This document shows positions 22,824 through 37,825 of a stretch of 64,000 bases of DNA, piece by piece; the first letter of the stretch is position 1; every line of letters begins with the position of its first letter. The translations under genes were made by a program, and so were the position numbers. The notes below the pieces were generated by a model. That model was given only the letters and a program-made list of their open reading frames with translations. It searched no databases and was not told the DNA's origin. The DNA comes from Azolla caroliniana (taxonomy: Eukaryota > Plantae > Polypodiophyta), in the NCBI GenBank assembly GCA_043228905.1, contig JBHGNT010000002.1, positions 4,464,001 through 4,528,000 of the forward strand, given 5' to 3'.

Positions 22824-25800
22824 CTCTACTTAGGATACTTAATTTATGAACTTATTATGAGTTCACCCATTGGATGCAAGTCTTTTTATAGAAAAAATTA
22901 ATTGGGCTCTTTCATCTCTCATCCACCCCAAAAAACAAGCACCAAAACTTTGGGACGATCAAAATAAGAACTAAATCTATGAAGAAAAATAATGTGAGCC
23001 AATTTCGTGCCTTTTTATAGCATTGGGTATAGTGTTCTTTTTATAAAAAATCTAAATATTATATATACACACACACATATATGTGTGTATATATATGTAT
23101 GTATGTATACGTATATATACATCCATGTAAATCTTAGATTCTTATAATTATTTATTTATTTGAAATTTTCAATGCTAAGCTTTGGCAATACAATTGGTTC
23201 TTTGGCTCCATTTTCTTATTATTGGTTGCAACTTTTTTGACTTTTTTCCATTAATCAACACAAAAGATTGGGGGTGTGACTCGTTCATATACAAAACTTC
23301 TCTTCTAATTTAAGTGAATGATACCAAAGAAAAAATCTTCTTGTTGATGTCAAGCAAATGATATTAGTCGATAACAAAGAATTCTTTCGCATTTTTATCA
23401 TGTTTGTAACCGGCCATTGCATCATCTTGGTTGTGCTCATTGCCAAAGTTCCCATTTCAAAAGTCGATCGTTTTCCTAAAATTGGATACCCTACATGCGT
23501 GCATTATGTTCAAAAAAGTAATCCGGTTGTGTTACTAATCATGACCCACACAAACATGAATTCTACGTTGTGATGCTCAAAAAGGTAGACTTGGTCCTGT
23601 TTGTGACCTATGAATCATTGGCCACAACGGCAGCCAATGTTCTAGCACTTGATTCGTGACTAACAATTTTGTTGTTCCCAAAGTCTAACAAGTTTCTACT
23701 ACCTAAATTTATTAATGTGCCATATTGATAGTACATATATATATTATATCGATTAAATGCTTTGCATCTTGGTATGATGGCCACAAAAACATTTCTACTT
23801 GTAAAGTCTCACTTCAAACATTACTCGTTCCTTACGTATGGTCATACGTGTAACGCCACATTTACTAAATGCAATACTAAATGGAGTTGGACCTCCTAGA
23901 CCTTACAATATAGATAAGTTACACCATTCTAGAAAAGCAAGAATGTGAGTAGTTGTATTCTTACTTAATTTCTAAAATTGTAAAAGTTATCTAACTACTT
24001 GTTCCTTACGTATGTCCATTGGTCACTTTATTATGCATATTTGTCCCTTAACTAAAACATGTCTAATTGAATTGTATGCCTTTCCTTGAATATATTTTGC
24101 TATAAACCATGGAAAGTCGATGAAAGAGCCAAATGGTACGAGAGAACTAATTATCCACCTTGCCAAACTCATGTATATTGAAATCTTGTAACTCAAAAAC
24201 ATCAATACATTTGCACTTTATGGAAAAGAAGCGCAATTAGCACTATCATTTCTCCCTTGATACTATATTATAATCGTGATAAATTATTTCTCTTGATAAT
24301 GTTTACAATTTCTATCCTCATCATATAAGTAGTTGATTGATAGTTATTATCTACAATAATATTATAAACAACAAATCATCATTAGTTGGGAATTATGAGA
24401 TGTGTGGATCCAAAGAGCAATGAGGTTATTAATCGTGTTATTAGCTTTAACATCATTGATAATCACATTAATAACAATAAATATGTGATTCAAAGGCTTA
24501 TAATTAGCATTATCTTATAATGAAACCCTAATTGACATTTGATGTGGTGTTAATGTAAGAAACTTATCAAAAGTTGTTGTCTCCATACTTCTACTTAAGT
24601 GGTTTATATTTTCTATTTAAATGCATCATCAAATTTTACTTTCATATTTCTTGACAAAGATCACAAGTGTCATGACTCATTACTAAGTCATATATTGTAT
24701 GCCAACTATTCTGCAAATGTTTTTATCATGAGTAATTGCAAACATCAAAAGGCTATCTCGCTTTCCCATCAAATCTCTTCAATGATGCGCATAAATCCAA
24801 GCAATGTGTTTTGTATGCTACCTGTCACTATAAATGCTTTGTACCTACAAAGAGATACATTTAAGAGTAGCATATGATAGGGGCTAGGGCAAGACCTTGA
24901 AAGGGAAAGAGAGGTCATCTCGCATTTAGAGAAACATGAAAAAGTGGCAAAAGAGGTAAGAAGTTGTTGAGAAATAGATAAGGAAATGAGAGGAGAGGTG
25001 AAGAAGAAAAGGAAATGTTTTAATTATCGTCAAAAGTATTGTGAGACATGAGAAATGAGATGATATGTGAATTGAAACAAGTTTTCTAGGTCCTCTTCAA
25101 TGGCACAACATTATACAAACATTAAAGTCGTCATTGTTGGGGTTTGCTTCAATGTGCCAATATTTGCACATATAGTTTCATTCCTAGTTTAGGATTTGGG
25201 GTAGTGAAACCATAATGCTCCCGCTTCACATTGGTTCATGTTGCTCATATAAGTTTAAAAACAACATTGTCTATTACCAACTTAACAAGAGACATTCTCT
25301 AGTTACTCTACTACCTTTATTACTTTGATGTAGAATACAAATATTGATCATATCACATATGGAGGAACCTCATAATTTTAACTTGGATACACTTTCTCTC
25401 TTTACACAGTCCACACATAACAAGTGTTTTATGGTGTATAATACTTTTTCAAATCTTTGACATATGCACACTTTCTCTGTCAACTTTAGGGCCAAGTCCC
25501 CAATTATGATGGTGTTTCCTAGAAACACCAAGATGGCAAAGGAAGATATAATTTTTGTCAATGTTGCACTTGCAACATATGTGTAACAAGCTTGATGAAG
25601 TCGAGTGGTATAATATATTTGTACTACCTAAAAATATGGGGAAAAAAACAACATTCCATTCCCCATTTGGAACCAAGAACTATGACAAGGAAAAAACTTC
25701 TCAAAGCCTATCTTTTAGTTTATAGTGATATCGCGCTCCCACATTGAAGGATTAATTGGAAAAACAAGAGAAGGTAGTAGAAATCAATAAATGACAAAAG

Positions 25801-27929
25801 TCATTGCATGCCGAGAAGTAGTAAATCAACCAGTAAATGATTGAAAGTTTTTGAAAAATCACCAAGGTTGTCTAACCTTCAACTTTGGAGGTTCCACAGT
25901 CTATCTATCACCTCTCTGTAAAGTTTAAACAAAAGTATATTTGAAATCATTACATGGACGTGCAACAAAGCATGAGCAAGAATAATGGAACTTCTCTAAT
26001 GCTCAAGGCAAGACACATTAGAAGAAAACATTGAAATTGTTTAATCATTGTCAAGTAAGAAAGAGTGTCGTATTAGAATTGCAAAAATTGTGAGAAATCT
26101 TTATGGCTTTGTTGAATGGTTAATATTCAATTAAAAACTCGATACCTGGATTGTGTTGAGAAAAGTTTCTTGTGAACTTTAATAGGTTATTAGTATATTG
26201 GAATAGGGGCGGTGGTCTCTCTCTCTCTCTCTCTCTCATAATATGGGTATTATGCCTGAAGGTATATCAAGCATACATATGCATTGAACAATAGTTTCTT
26301 GACGTCTTATAGATCATATTCGAACTCTCTATGGAGACAAAAACCCGAATATTAAAAGCTAATAAACATGCTTTTTCCTTTTCCAAGATTTGTTGACAAA
26401 TGCCGGTTTGAAACTATATGCCACGAGTTCCACATTTCTCTAAATGAAATGCGCTTAATACAATATGTATGTTTTTCTATTTAATGTAATAAATACTTAC
26501 CTTTTCAAAAGATTGAAGATTACACTATTCTTAATTCTCTATCTAGAATATTTCTAGATCCCAACCTCGACACTTTCAAATCTCTATCTTTGTGTCTCAT
26601 GATTTAATGCAATGACAAATTTGAACACATCGTTGATGACCTTATACAAGAAGAAGCCATAGAGGGTGCTATTATTGAGAATGAGGTCTTCTTGTTTTTA
26701 TTATGCTCAAATTATGAGTTGCTTTTAGTGAATACTTAGAGTATGCACATAAGCTTATGGTGTCATGATACCAAGTGCATATTGACACAAAAAGTATTTG
26801 AACTTGTGACACATGTCAAAGCCTTACCATTGAAATAACTACTAATTTTCATATGTAGAACTTTCCAGAACAATTCTAGAATATGCTAGAACATTCTAGA
26901 AAATCCATGAGTACTCTTGAAGGCCCTAGAGATAGAGGAATATTATATTGTACTATTCAAACCAATTCGGTTCAATGTCAGTCTTAAGCCCTCACATCTA
27001 TTATTATCTTTATACTCTTATTTTTTATAGTATATTTTCAATCCATCATATACTCTCTCTCTCTCTCTCAATCTTGACAGTTTGAGCCGAATTGCCGTAT
27101 TCTTATCTTTCATTCTTCTAGTATTAATGACCTCTGTTAGTGCACAAGAATATCAATCCGTCCTTTCGGAGCTTCAATGCTAGAAGGGAAAGATTGTGGC
27201 GCCTAAAAAAGAAAATCAACACCATTTGGGTGATTTTCAATAATTACCATAGAGAAGCAACTTCAACACAAGGAGTTGACATTACAAGTACAATAGTTGG
27301 AAGCAACTATTGTGTCTTTACAACAAGGAACGGGAAATCAAGGAATCCTTAAAGAACCCAAAATCAGTGCTCCCATGAAGTTTGATGGAATATGATCACG
27401 GTTTAGATGGTTCCTCAATCAGATACATTTAGTAACTCAAATGCATCCTTCTTGATATCCAACCAACACATCACAAGTGAGATTAGTAGGCACATCACTA
27501 AGTGGTACAACATTAGCCTAGTTTTCACCTTTGTTGGAAAACAGATCTCTTTTGTTAAATAATTCTGAGGAGTTGATTCTAAGTGAGTTCAAAACATGTT
27601 TTGCATATGTTGATAGTGTTAGAACACCAATTAACAAAATATGGAGGCTATGCCAAAGGGATCGTCCAACGTTAACTTATGTCGTCGATTTTCATCTACT
27701 TGCAACCAATATTCTCTTGGACAACCATGCATTAATAGAACAATCTTGGTTCGGGCTAAGTAATGATGTAAAATATTTACTCTTTACATTTCAAGTAGGA
27801 CCAAAATCACTCACAGAAGCAACCAATCAAGCCATACGATGTGATAATCGACGTTTAGAACGAGGTTTAGAACAAGATCGGAGCTCGTGTACATGCATCC
27901 ATCGTAGCAAAACCATCCCCAAGGGAATC

Positions 27930-28201
27930 TGTTGAGAATCAAACTCAACTTCCCATGTGTGGGAACACACTCTAGAAATACTCAAGTGTGTGAACACTCC
28001 ACCTCCTCATATAGTAACTAGTGTGTTATAGAAGTTAATGTCCTATGACACATATTCTTTAAGTAGTTATGACTCGACCTCTTTCCCAAGAGACGACTCT
28101 AGTGAAAGAACCTAGAGAGAAAGTAACTACGTAAGCACCTTCTCCCTCTCTGTATAACCGTTGGCCATTCTTGTTTCCTTGTAATACAATTTGTTGGTTT
28201 T

Positions 28202-28252
<51 letters not shown>

Positions 28253-31200
28253 CGTAATTACCTTACCCTAGTGGTAAGTTGTTAGCATTACCAGCACTGC
28301 ATTCTGGGTTCAAAACCCAACTTCCTCACCTCTCTATTATATACTTCTTATATATCTCTTAATTCACTAGATGCCACTGTGGAATGTAGGGGTTGAACCC
28401 ATGACCACCTTGTCGGCCAAGGCTATTGGAGTTATGTCGAAGGAGCAAACAAAAATCAACCCAACCCAACACATGCCAACTACCCAGCATTGGAGCAAGC
28501 AGCGAGTCCCCGACGAGTCGTGTGTTGTATTTCCTTCCATCATGCGTGCATGATCACATGTCGACTACATCCGAGAGCCCAAAACACCGAAGGAGGAGTG
28601 GGGGAACCTCAAGAAGATTTTCGCGGCCAACACGACCGCAAGGAAGTGTCAACTCCATCAAGAGTTGAACGGTATACAACAGAGGGACATGTCAATCAAC
28701 AACTACACCTTGAAGATCAAGGAGCTGTGCAATGCTCTCGGTTCGCATTGACGGCGATGAAATAGTGCAGATTTTCCTCGGAGACCTAGCACCTCGGTTC
28801 GAAGCCATTTGGTCGGTAGTCCTCGCGAGGGAGAATCCTCCCTCCTTTTTCGATCTCCAGTCAATGTTGCTAGTTGAGGAGAATCATGTTCAAACAAGAA
28901 GCAATGCGCAAGAAGGAAAAATGCTCTATTCAAACTTCGATGGAGGAAGAGGACAAGGTCGTGGAAGAAGAGGTTGATTCAGCCAAGGCCAACACAACCA
29001 AGAGCAACCCCGAGAACATAACTTCTATTACCGCAAAACGCTTCAAACACACGAGGCGAAGCGTCCGGAAGAAGGGAGAGTAATAAGGTTGGACCCAACC
29101 TACAAAACAATCCCACCCAATGCAGATACTGTGGTAAATTCGACCACTATGAGGCTGACTGTCACAAGAAGAAGAGTGAGTTGGCCTCTACAAGCCGACA
29201 ACTCACAAACTACGCCTCCAACTCCGACTACGACAATCGTGGCTGAATGTTTGTGATGAGGCACAGAGCAAAATCCATGATAGCCTCCAACCCGACCAAC
29301 ACCTCCAAACCAGAAGATGTATGGTTTGTCGATTCGGGCATATCCAATCACATGACATGCCACGAGGATTGGTTCAAGGAGCTATGAAAGCCCGAACGAC
29401 TCGGCTATGTGGAAACTGGGGATGACACAGTTCACCCCATTCAACACGTCGGCAATGTCCCATTTGGGGAAGAAGGCAACCAAACCTGCATCAAAAACGT
29501 TCTGCATGTTCCTACAATAACTAAGAACCTAGTCTCTGTTGTCTAGATAGTCGAACAAGGTATGCAAGTACCTTTCAATGATGGAGGATGTTTCATCGAA
29601 AAAGATGGTTGACTCATCGCTCGTGGTCGGAGAGAAGGTCAGATGTTCATCTTCGACTCTCACGAGATGAAATCGGCAATGTATGCCAAGAGCCAGAGAG
29701 CCAACGCCGACATAGAGTTGTGGCACAAGTGAATTGGCCACGTTAACCTCCAAAAGCTCAAAGGAATCCAGTCGAAAGGAGTTGTCTTCGGTCTTATGAC
29801 TTTTACCGAAAAGGAGAGTGCAAGCGTGTGCAAAGCTTGTCAATTTGGCAAATAGCACTGACAACCGTTCCCAAAGCAGAGGAACGTAAGCAAAGGGATC
29901 CTAGATGTTATACATTCAGATGTGTAGGGACCAGCCCAGATGGCAACATTCGGTGGTTGCCGGTACTACGTAACATTCATCGACGACTTCTCCAAGCATA
30001 CCTGGATTTATCCCATGCGCCAGAAGAGTGAAGTGTTCTCGCACTTCTAGAAATTCAAGAATGAAGTTGAAAAGGCAACTAATCATCATGTATGATGCCT
30101 CCGATCGGACGGTGGCAAAGAGTACTTCTTCAACGCCTTTACCACATACCTTCGACAAGAAGGAATACGGTGGGAGTTAACTTGTCGACACACACCTCAG
30201 CAGAACAAAGTAGACGAACACAATAACCGGCACATACTTGAGGTGGCAAGGGCAATGATGAACGAGAAACATTTGCCAAAATCATATTGGGCTAAAGTGG
30301 TGAAAACAACCATCTATCTGATGAACCGTTGCACAACAACATCAGGGGTGCACGATATTACCCCTCAAGCGAAAAGTTCTATGGGAAGAAACCGGATCTA
30401 TCCCACGTCAAGATATTTGGTTCTATAGCATATGTACATATTCCTGACGAGAAGCGGCCGAAGCTTGATCCAAAGTCGGAGAAATGTATACTCGTAGGAT
30501 ACTCACTCGAGCAAAAAGGGTATATAAGGGCTTCAAACCTTCCACCAAGAAGGTACGAGTGAGTAGGGATGTAGTATTCGACGAATTAGCATCCTGGTAT
30601 ATAGTCGAATCAGCTCCATCCGACACGGTCGAAACCGAGTTCGACACATACATAGAGGAGGATGATTGACCAAGGCCCACATTAGAGGGAAGTCCAATGT
30701 CAACTAGGTTGAGTGGGCCACAAGAGTCTCCAAGCGGCCAAAGCATGTTGTGGCCTAGTCCGAAACAAGAAAAAGGAAAGGCCAAGATGCCTGAGTACGA
30801 AGACTCAGATGGAAACGAATCGAACCACTCACCCGAGAGTGAGCATGGTGGACTGGATGTGCCCATCATGAGGACACCAGGAGAACCACGACGATCCACC
30901 CGAGAGAAGAATGTGGTCATCTGATTCGGCTACAACGACTACATGGCATATCATTATGCATTCATGATGAAGGTGGCGTCAATTTGAGAACTAGAAACCC
31001 TTCCCTAAGCCGCGAAGGACCCTAGATGAATGAGGAGATGCGAGCACTCTCAAGGAACGAGACATGGGATCTCGTCCCTTCTTCACACCACCAAAAGGCA
31101 ATTGGATGCTGGTGGATCTTCAAAGTGAAGCACAACGCCGACAACACTATCAATCGGTACAAGGCCCGGCTTTTGGCAAAGGGCTACTCACAGACGCATG

Positions 31201-32904
31201 GTGTCGATTACAAAGAGAACTTTGCCCCAGTGGCAAAGATGACACCAATCTGAACCGTGATTACACTTGCACCAGCAAAAGGGTGGCACCTCCACCAAAT
31301 GGACGTAAAGAATGCCTTCCTACAAGGCTAGTTAGACGAGGTGTACATGGTGCAACCACTCGGATTCGTGTCAGCTACGCATCCGACTGATGTCTGCTGA
31401 CTGAAAAAGCCTCTATACGGTCTCAAGCAGGTACCAAGAGCATGGCACTTGAAGATAACCCAATATCTTCATCAAATCGGCTTCAATATGTCCAACTCTG
31501 ACAACTCTCTATTCATCTAGAGCGACTCTCGAGGACAGGTATTTATCATCATTTACGTGGATGACTTGGTCATAGGATGAGAGCATTTAGTAGACATTGT
31601 GCACATCAAGAAGCTCATGTCCAGTTAATTCGAAATGAAAGACATGAAGAAGCTTCAATACTTTCTAGGAATAGAAGTAATTCTGACTCCGGACGGCATC
31701 ATGCTTTCTCAAAGGCACTATATCCTCAATCTTCTTTACAAGTTTGGGATGACATAGTGTAAGCCTGTCACTACCCCTCTGAATTGCAACCTAAAGCTAG
31801 ATGCCGACTTCAGCACAAGAGAGTGTGAGCTGACACTCTATTGACAGTTAGTCGGAAGCCTCATCTACCTCACAATTACCCGACCCGACCTGAGTTACTC
31901 GGTCATCCTCCTTAACCAGTTCATGCAAACTCTGTGACACATCCATCTCGACTGTGCTAAGAAAGTGCTAAGGTGTGTGACTAGAACCATGGATTTTAGC
32001 ATCCTCTACAAATCGGCCACACCGACACAACTCGAAGGGCACACAGATGTCGACTAGTCCGGTTACAAAGCCAATAGACGATCAACCTCAAGATTCGTCT
32101 TCTCCCTCGGCAGGGGAGCCATCTCCTAGAGCAGCAAAATGCAGTCGACAATCGCATTGTCGAGCACCGAAGAAGAATACAGGGGCATGGCCATAGCCGC
32201 ATGTGGGTGTTCCCATCAAGGATCCTATTCTCATCTACTGCGACAATATGAGCAACATTCACCAAGCTCAGAATCGAATCTTCCACGGTTGGACCAAGCA
32301 CATTGAAGTGCACTATTGCTTCATCTGAGGGCGTGTTCTAGTTGGGGATGTTGACCTGCAACACATCAACACGAACCTATAGACAGTCGACATCTTCACC
32401 AAGGCCCTGGGAATCGAAAAGTTGCGACAGTTCATGACGAACCTGGGTCTTTCGACCGTTGACCAATCGAGCTTGAGGGGGAGTAAGGAGTAGCAGGATT
32501 GAACCAGTCATTCGAAGCCGAAGACGGAGTTGACTCAAAGCCGACCCGAAGACCAACCCGAACCAACCATCCGACAATCGGAAGTTGTGTTTGAAGGGGT
32601 GTGTTGAGAATCAAACTCAACTTCCCGTGTGTGGGAACACACTCTAAAAATACTCAAGTGTGTGAACACTCCACCTCCTTGTATAGTAACTAGTGTGTCA
32701 TAGAAGTTAATGTCCTATGACACATATTCTTTAAGTAGTTAAGACTCGACCTCTTTCCCAAGACACGACTCTACTTAGAGAACCTAGAGAGAAGGTGACT
32801 ACATAAGCACCTTCTCCCTTTCTTTATAACCGTTGGCCATTCTTGTTTCCTTGTAATACAGTTTTCTGGTTTTTCTGTAATCGCGAGTTCTCTCTCTCTC
32901 TCTT

Positions 32905-32958
<54 letters not shown>

Positions 32959-33466
32959 ATCTATCTATCTATCTATCTCTCTCTTACTACACATGTTGCA
33001 CCTAACTACAAAACCATATTCTTTGCGGAACGAGGAAATCGTACACATCGATACATGTTAGAGCCCATATCGTTATCTGCCATTCGAACCATTGCTTCCA
33101 TGCGACTTAGCTCACATGCATTGCGATGTGAAACAGGGCGTTGGGGCACAAGTGATGAGAGTGGTCGGCTATGCACACTTTGCCCTAAACAAGTTTGCGA
33201 GTCTGAGTATCACACTTCGATACAATGCTCTGCCTTTGATCATATTCGACCATGCTTTCCACATCTCTTCGACCGAGCCCAATATTTGCATGAATTCCTC
33301 TCACAACCACAATGTGCACTCTCGATTGCAACATTCATTGGTAAAGTTCTTGAACATCGAGAGTCACTACTCACTTTCACACGTATCATGTGAAATGTAA
33401 TATTTTTTTGTCTCATAGGTCATATTTGACCTCCAAAGACGATAATATAATCTATCTATCTTTCTT

Positions 33467-33522
<56 letters not shown>

Positions 33523-33538
33523 ATTCTTCCATTGCACA
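27930..33538 (+). mobile_element. Degenerate full-length Ty1/Copia nested in the gag of element C
   Basis: LTRs start at 27930 and 32602 (TGTTGAGAATCAAACTC). Gag, protease WFVDSGISNHMT, integrase, RT (RYKARLLAKGY, IYVDDL) and RNase H in Copia order with many stops. Near-TSD GAATC/TAATC. Confidence 0.9.
32984..33460 (+). mobile_element. 3' fragment of a non-L1 LINE (CR1/L2/RTEX-like C-terminus) inside the Copia 3' LTR microsatellite
   Basis: RLSSHALRCETGRW...RLCTLC...ESEYH...C...HIR; ends in and is preceded by (TATC)n. Confidence 0.7.
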
Positions 33539-36500
33539 TAATCCATTCGATTCTTTACAAAATCATATGTTACATTTTCTACAAATGCTTTGACACCAAT
33601 GGAAACCAATGCAATACATCGTCACAGACCATTGTCAGAAGAGGAAAAGCAATGTAGTTGAGCAAACCGCAAGCCTATCTTTATATTGTGGTGCCCATGG
33701 CATATTATAGTAAATTTTCCCCATAGGCCCAGACGTCAAGTAAACCAAGTTGCTACTATTGATAAACTTTCATTAGGGATATCTAACAATCTTGGTGATC
33801 CAAGCTTTTCAAATAAATTTGAGGGCCTAAGTCAACTAGATGATAAATTAAATGATTAAGTCTAGCCAAAATAGTAGTTGTTTGGTTGGAACAACACTAG
33901 ATTTGTGCAACCCATTAGTTTTTCCATTTCTTGTACGCAAGTTAGTAGGGTGTTCTCAACACAAGTGGAAGTTAGTACAAGAAGTAATCATCAAGTTTAT
34001 GTTCCAACACTCCTAGATATTAGGGCTAATTCTTGCTTCATGGACAGAAATTTTGCTTGACTTCATTTGGTAACTCTAAGAAAACTTCTTTGCCCAACTT
34101 TTGTAGTAGTCATTGATGGACACCCCATTGCTTCTATAAATATAGAAGAAGAATCAGAGCCAGTTCATATTGTGCTAGATAATTTGGCATGTGTAATATC
34201 CTTTAACACAATTAGTGGTCTTGAACATGCAATTGTTCTAGGGTTGTCATGGTTCGAACTAGAAAACCCCAAAATCAATTGGAGAAAGCGAGAAATCAAG
34301 TATCGTTAATAAGATAATATGAAACCGTAAGCATCACGATCATAGAACAAAATATTTAGTCTCATAGAATTTCAGATATTTCACTACGACAATTACATAA
34401 GGACAAAAGGAAAGGATATTCTTATTTGCAGTATTAGTGAAGCCTACCAATATCCTTGAAGGAAAATTACAAATTCAACTTCCAAAAATGTATCAAGATT
34501 ATGCATATGTTTTTGACAAAGTAAAAGCTGGTACACTTCCAGAACATCTATGTCCCATTGATTTACAACCAAGAAAGGGGTCACCTTGAAGACCTATCTA
34601 CAATTTGTCACCAACTGAACTTGAGGTTCTTCGAACATACATTGAGGAATATGTATGCACTCCCCTTAGGGACCGTATGATCGTCTAGTAGTGGATTATT
34701 GGGGTTTGAATAAAGTTACTATCAAGAATAGGTATGCACTCCCCTTGATCTCTAGTCTCTTTGAACGAATTAGTGGGGCAAAATATTTTACAAAGATTGA
34801 TTTATGAGGTGCATATAACCTCGTGCAAATTCGATTGGGAGATGGGTAATGCACCTAATATGGTCATTTTGAGTATATAATCATGTCATTTGGTTTCATA
34901 AATGCACCAACAGTTTTTATCACATAGCTAATGATTTTTTTGAGATCTCTTGGACATCTTCCTAATCATCTATTTGGATGATCTATTGATTTATTCAAAA
35001 ACCTAAGAGGACCATGATTCTCATGTTCGTCAAGTACTAAAACAACTACGGGACTATGGCCTTTCTTTATACAACACTAGAGAAGTGTAGTTTTGATTGC
35101 GAACAAGTGGAATTCCTTGGCTACATCATCTCTTCTAAAAGAATCTCTATCTATGAATCCAAGTAAAGTCCAAAATGTTTTCTAGGATTTGCAAATTTCT
35201 ATTGCAAATTCATATAAGATTACTCAAAACAAATTCTACCTCTCACACAACTTACAAGGGAAAACCAATCATTTGTTTGGACTATTGATGCAAATAAGGT
35301 TCTTTCGATCTTAAGAAGGCATTTACATATGCCTCTATTCTAATTCATGCTTATCTGCAAGAACCATTTTTTATTGAAGAAGATCAATTGGATTTTGCAC
35401 TTAGTAGCATTTTGTTACAACAAGGTGATGATGGGAAGCTACACCCATTGGCTTTCCAATCATGCAAATTTGATACGATTGAGATCAACTATGACGTACA
35501 TAACAACTAGTTATTAGCTATGGTTTATTCCTTTTAACAATAACAACATTTCTGGGAAAGCTCTCCTCATCAAATAATTGTATTCAGTGATCACAAATCC
35601 TCACCTATTTCCAAAGTGCTCACATGTATTAAACAAAAGACAAGCTCAATGGGCATAATTTCCTTACTCATTTTGATTTCAAGATTATTTTTTGTCCAAG
35701 CAAGCAACAAGGGAAAGAGAATGCATTATCATGATGTTCGTGTTTAGCACCTCATCCTAGTAATCCAGCCTTCAATAATAAAAAATGGGTAATCCTATGT
35801 CCTACACAACTTCAAGAAACCACAAACTTTGATACTCCACTAGACTCAAGCATTATTGATACTATTAATCATTATCTCACGACATCTTAGCTCATATTGA
35901 TCCGAAATAATACATCTTGCTTTTGATCACAACATTTATATACACATCATAAGCAATTCAATGGCATGATGGATTACTTTTCTACAAAAATCTTCTTTAT
36001 GTTCCTAATGGGTCATCCCGCCTCCAAGTCATACAACATTGTGATGATACATATATGGTTGGGCATTTTGGTGTCAATAAGACCTTGAATTTGTTAACAC
36101 AATCATTTTGGTGGTATCATCTATGTAAAGTTGTCGAAGATTATGTTCGTACATATGACACATGTTTTAGAACAAAGATTCCTCAGCAACATCCTTATGG
36201 TTTATTACAACCACTACGAATTCCAAGCAAGCCATGGCAATCTATGTCTTTAGATTTTATTGCAGATCTTCCACATTCTAACTTTGGGTCAATGTTATCT
36301 TAATAGTATTTGATCGATATACTAAAATGACATATTTCTTGTCATTCACTAAAGATATCTCTAGTGAGGAAACATGAAATCTAGTTGTACATGAAGTATT
36401 TTGTCACAACAATCTTCCAGACAACATCATCAATGATCAAGGACCACAATTTATATGTAAATTCGGAGAGCATCTCTTCACAATGCTCAAAGTTTCTTGC

Positions 36501-37825
36501 AAACTCTTCATTATCATCCATAACCTGATGGTCAAAGAGATTGTAAAAAGCACTGGGGTAGTATTGTCGATGCTTCATTAGTTATCAACAAAACGATTGG
36601 GCTTGCATATTACATTTTGCAAAATTTGAATATAATATTTTCATATGTTCTTCTACCAAGGTTACACCATTCTATGTATACAAAGGTTACCATTCTCAAC
36701 AATGTTTATTAGAAGTTTAGAGTTCTCTCATAAAACCATGCTCGATAAGTTATATGCCAAATTGTACTATGCCACCTCCACCTCATGTTTGACTTGAAGA
36801 TGAACCAAGTATGAAGTTGTTGTTATTCCTGATATTAAGATTTTTCGCAATTTGCGAGGCTATAGTTCGGGCAACCACACTTGGGAACCGACTAAGAATG
36901 TTGCAAATGCTTGAGACCCTAAGAAATTTCCTGAACAATAACTAGACCAACCAATGATGACTCATAATACCCATCGTTTGAAGAAGGGGATAGTATCATG
37001 ATAACAAGTGCATATTGTGGAGTACTACTTATATCTCCAAAAAAGCAAACTTGTTGACTTCCCAATTTTAGATGGAACACAACAAAAATGTTCAAGAGGC
37101 ACACAAAAATAAAAATATCGAATTCAAAATTGGAGCAACCCTTATGAATAAATGGTTATGGGATGTAAAACACTTACTTCACAATGCCTAAAGAGTTTCC
37201 TCGATGAATGAGGCTGTCTTGCAATGTCAATATGTTGTGGTTTTAGTATATGTGCAACCTCACATATCATAATGCACATGTTGCACCAAACTACAAAATC
37301 ATCTCCATCTCCAACAAGGCAAAACACAATCACCAATACATGCTAGTTTCGTTTGAAGGCACCACCACTTTAGGGTGTTATTGTAGCCTCGCCATACCTT
37401 GCATGTAGTTCTCTTATTCTTCATAAAATGCCATACTAGAGGTTAGGGCTCCTATGTAGTTCACAACATTGTTAAGAGAGCTTCACATAGAGTTACTTTG
37501 CTCCATGATAGTGTTTATTTTTAGCACGCATGCAAGTACACACTACAGCCAAATGTAGTGCAATGAAGAATTCCACAAAACAAACATTTGGAAGAAAAGA
37601 TGGAACAAAAGGAGTGAATTTGTTACTCATTGGTTTGCAAAATGGAGTCATGCAATGAAGAACTACACCAATACTAACATTTGGAAGGAAAGGTGGAAGA
37701 ATTTGGTCCTCATTATTCAAAACCAAAAGGACACATACTCTGCAATTCTAATAGAGGAGAAATCAAATGTTGAGTCCTCAAGTATCTCTTTCGTACATTG
37801 GTGGTATCATGTTTTAGTCCAATTG

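Larger units (their letters stand above)
26761..37017 (+). mobile_element. Old, degenerate Tcn1/Tf1-like chromovirus C interrupted by a Copia
   Basis: 5' LTR 26761-27079 (TGTCATGATACCAAGTGCATATTG); PPT GAAGAAGGGGA then a stub of the 3' LTR at 36994 with nearly the same start. Gag ~27330-27900 homologous to element B; protease LLDIRANSCFMD; RT IYLDDLLIYS; integrase GHFGVNKT, PWQSMSLDFI; chromodomain remnant HTWEP. Confidence 0.85.

Noticed and set aside
23160-26200. Possible decayed DNA-transposon (hAT-like) coding remnants
   Set aside because: Only vague peptide fragments; no convincing catalytic motif or terminal repeats found by eye.
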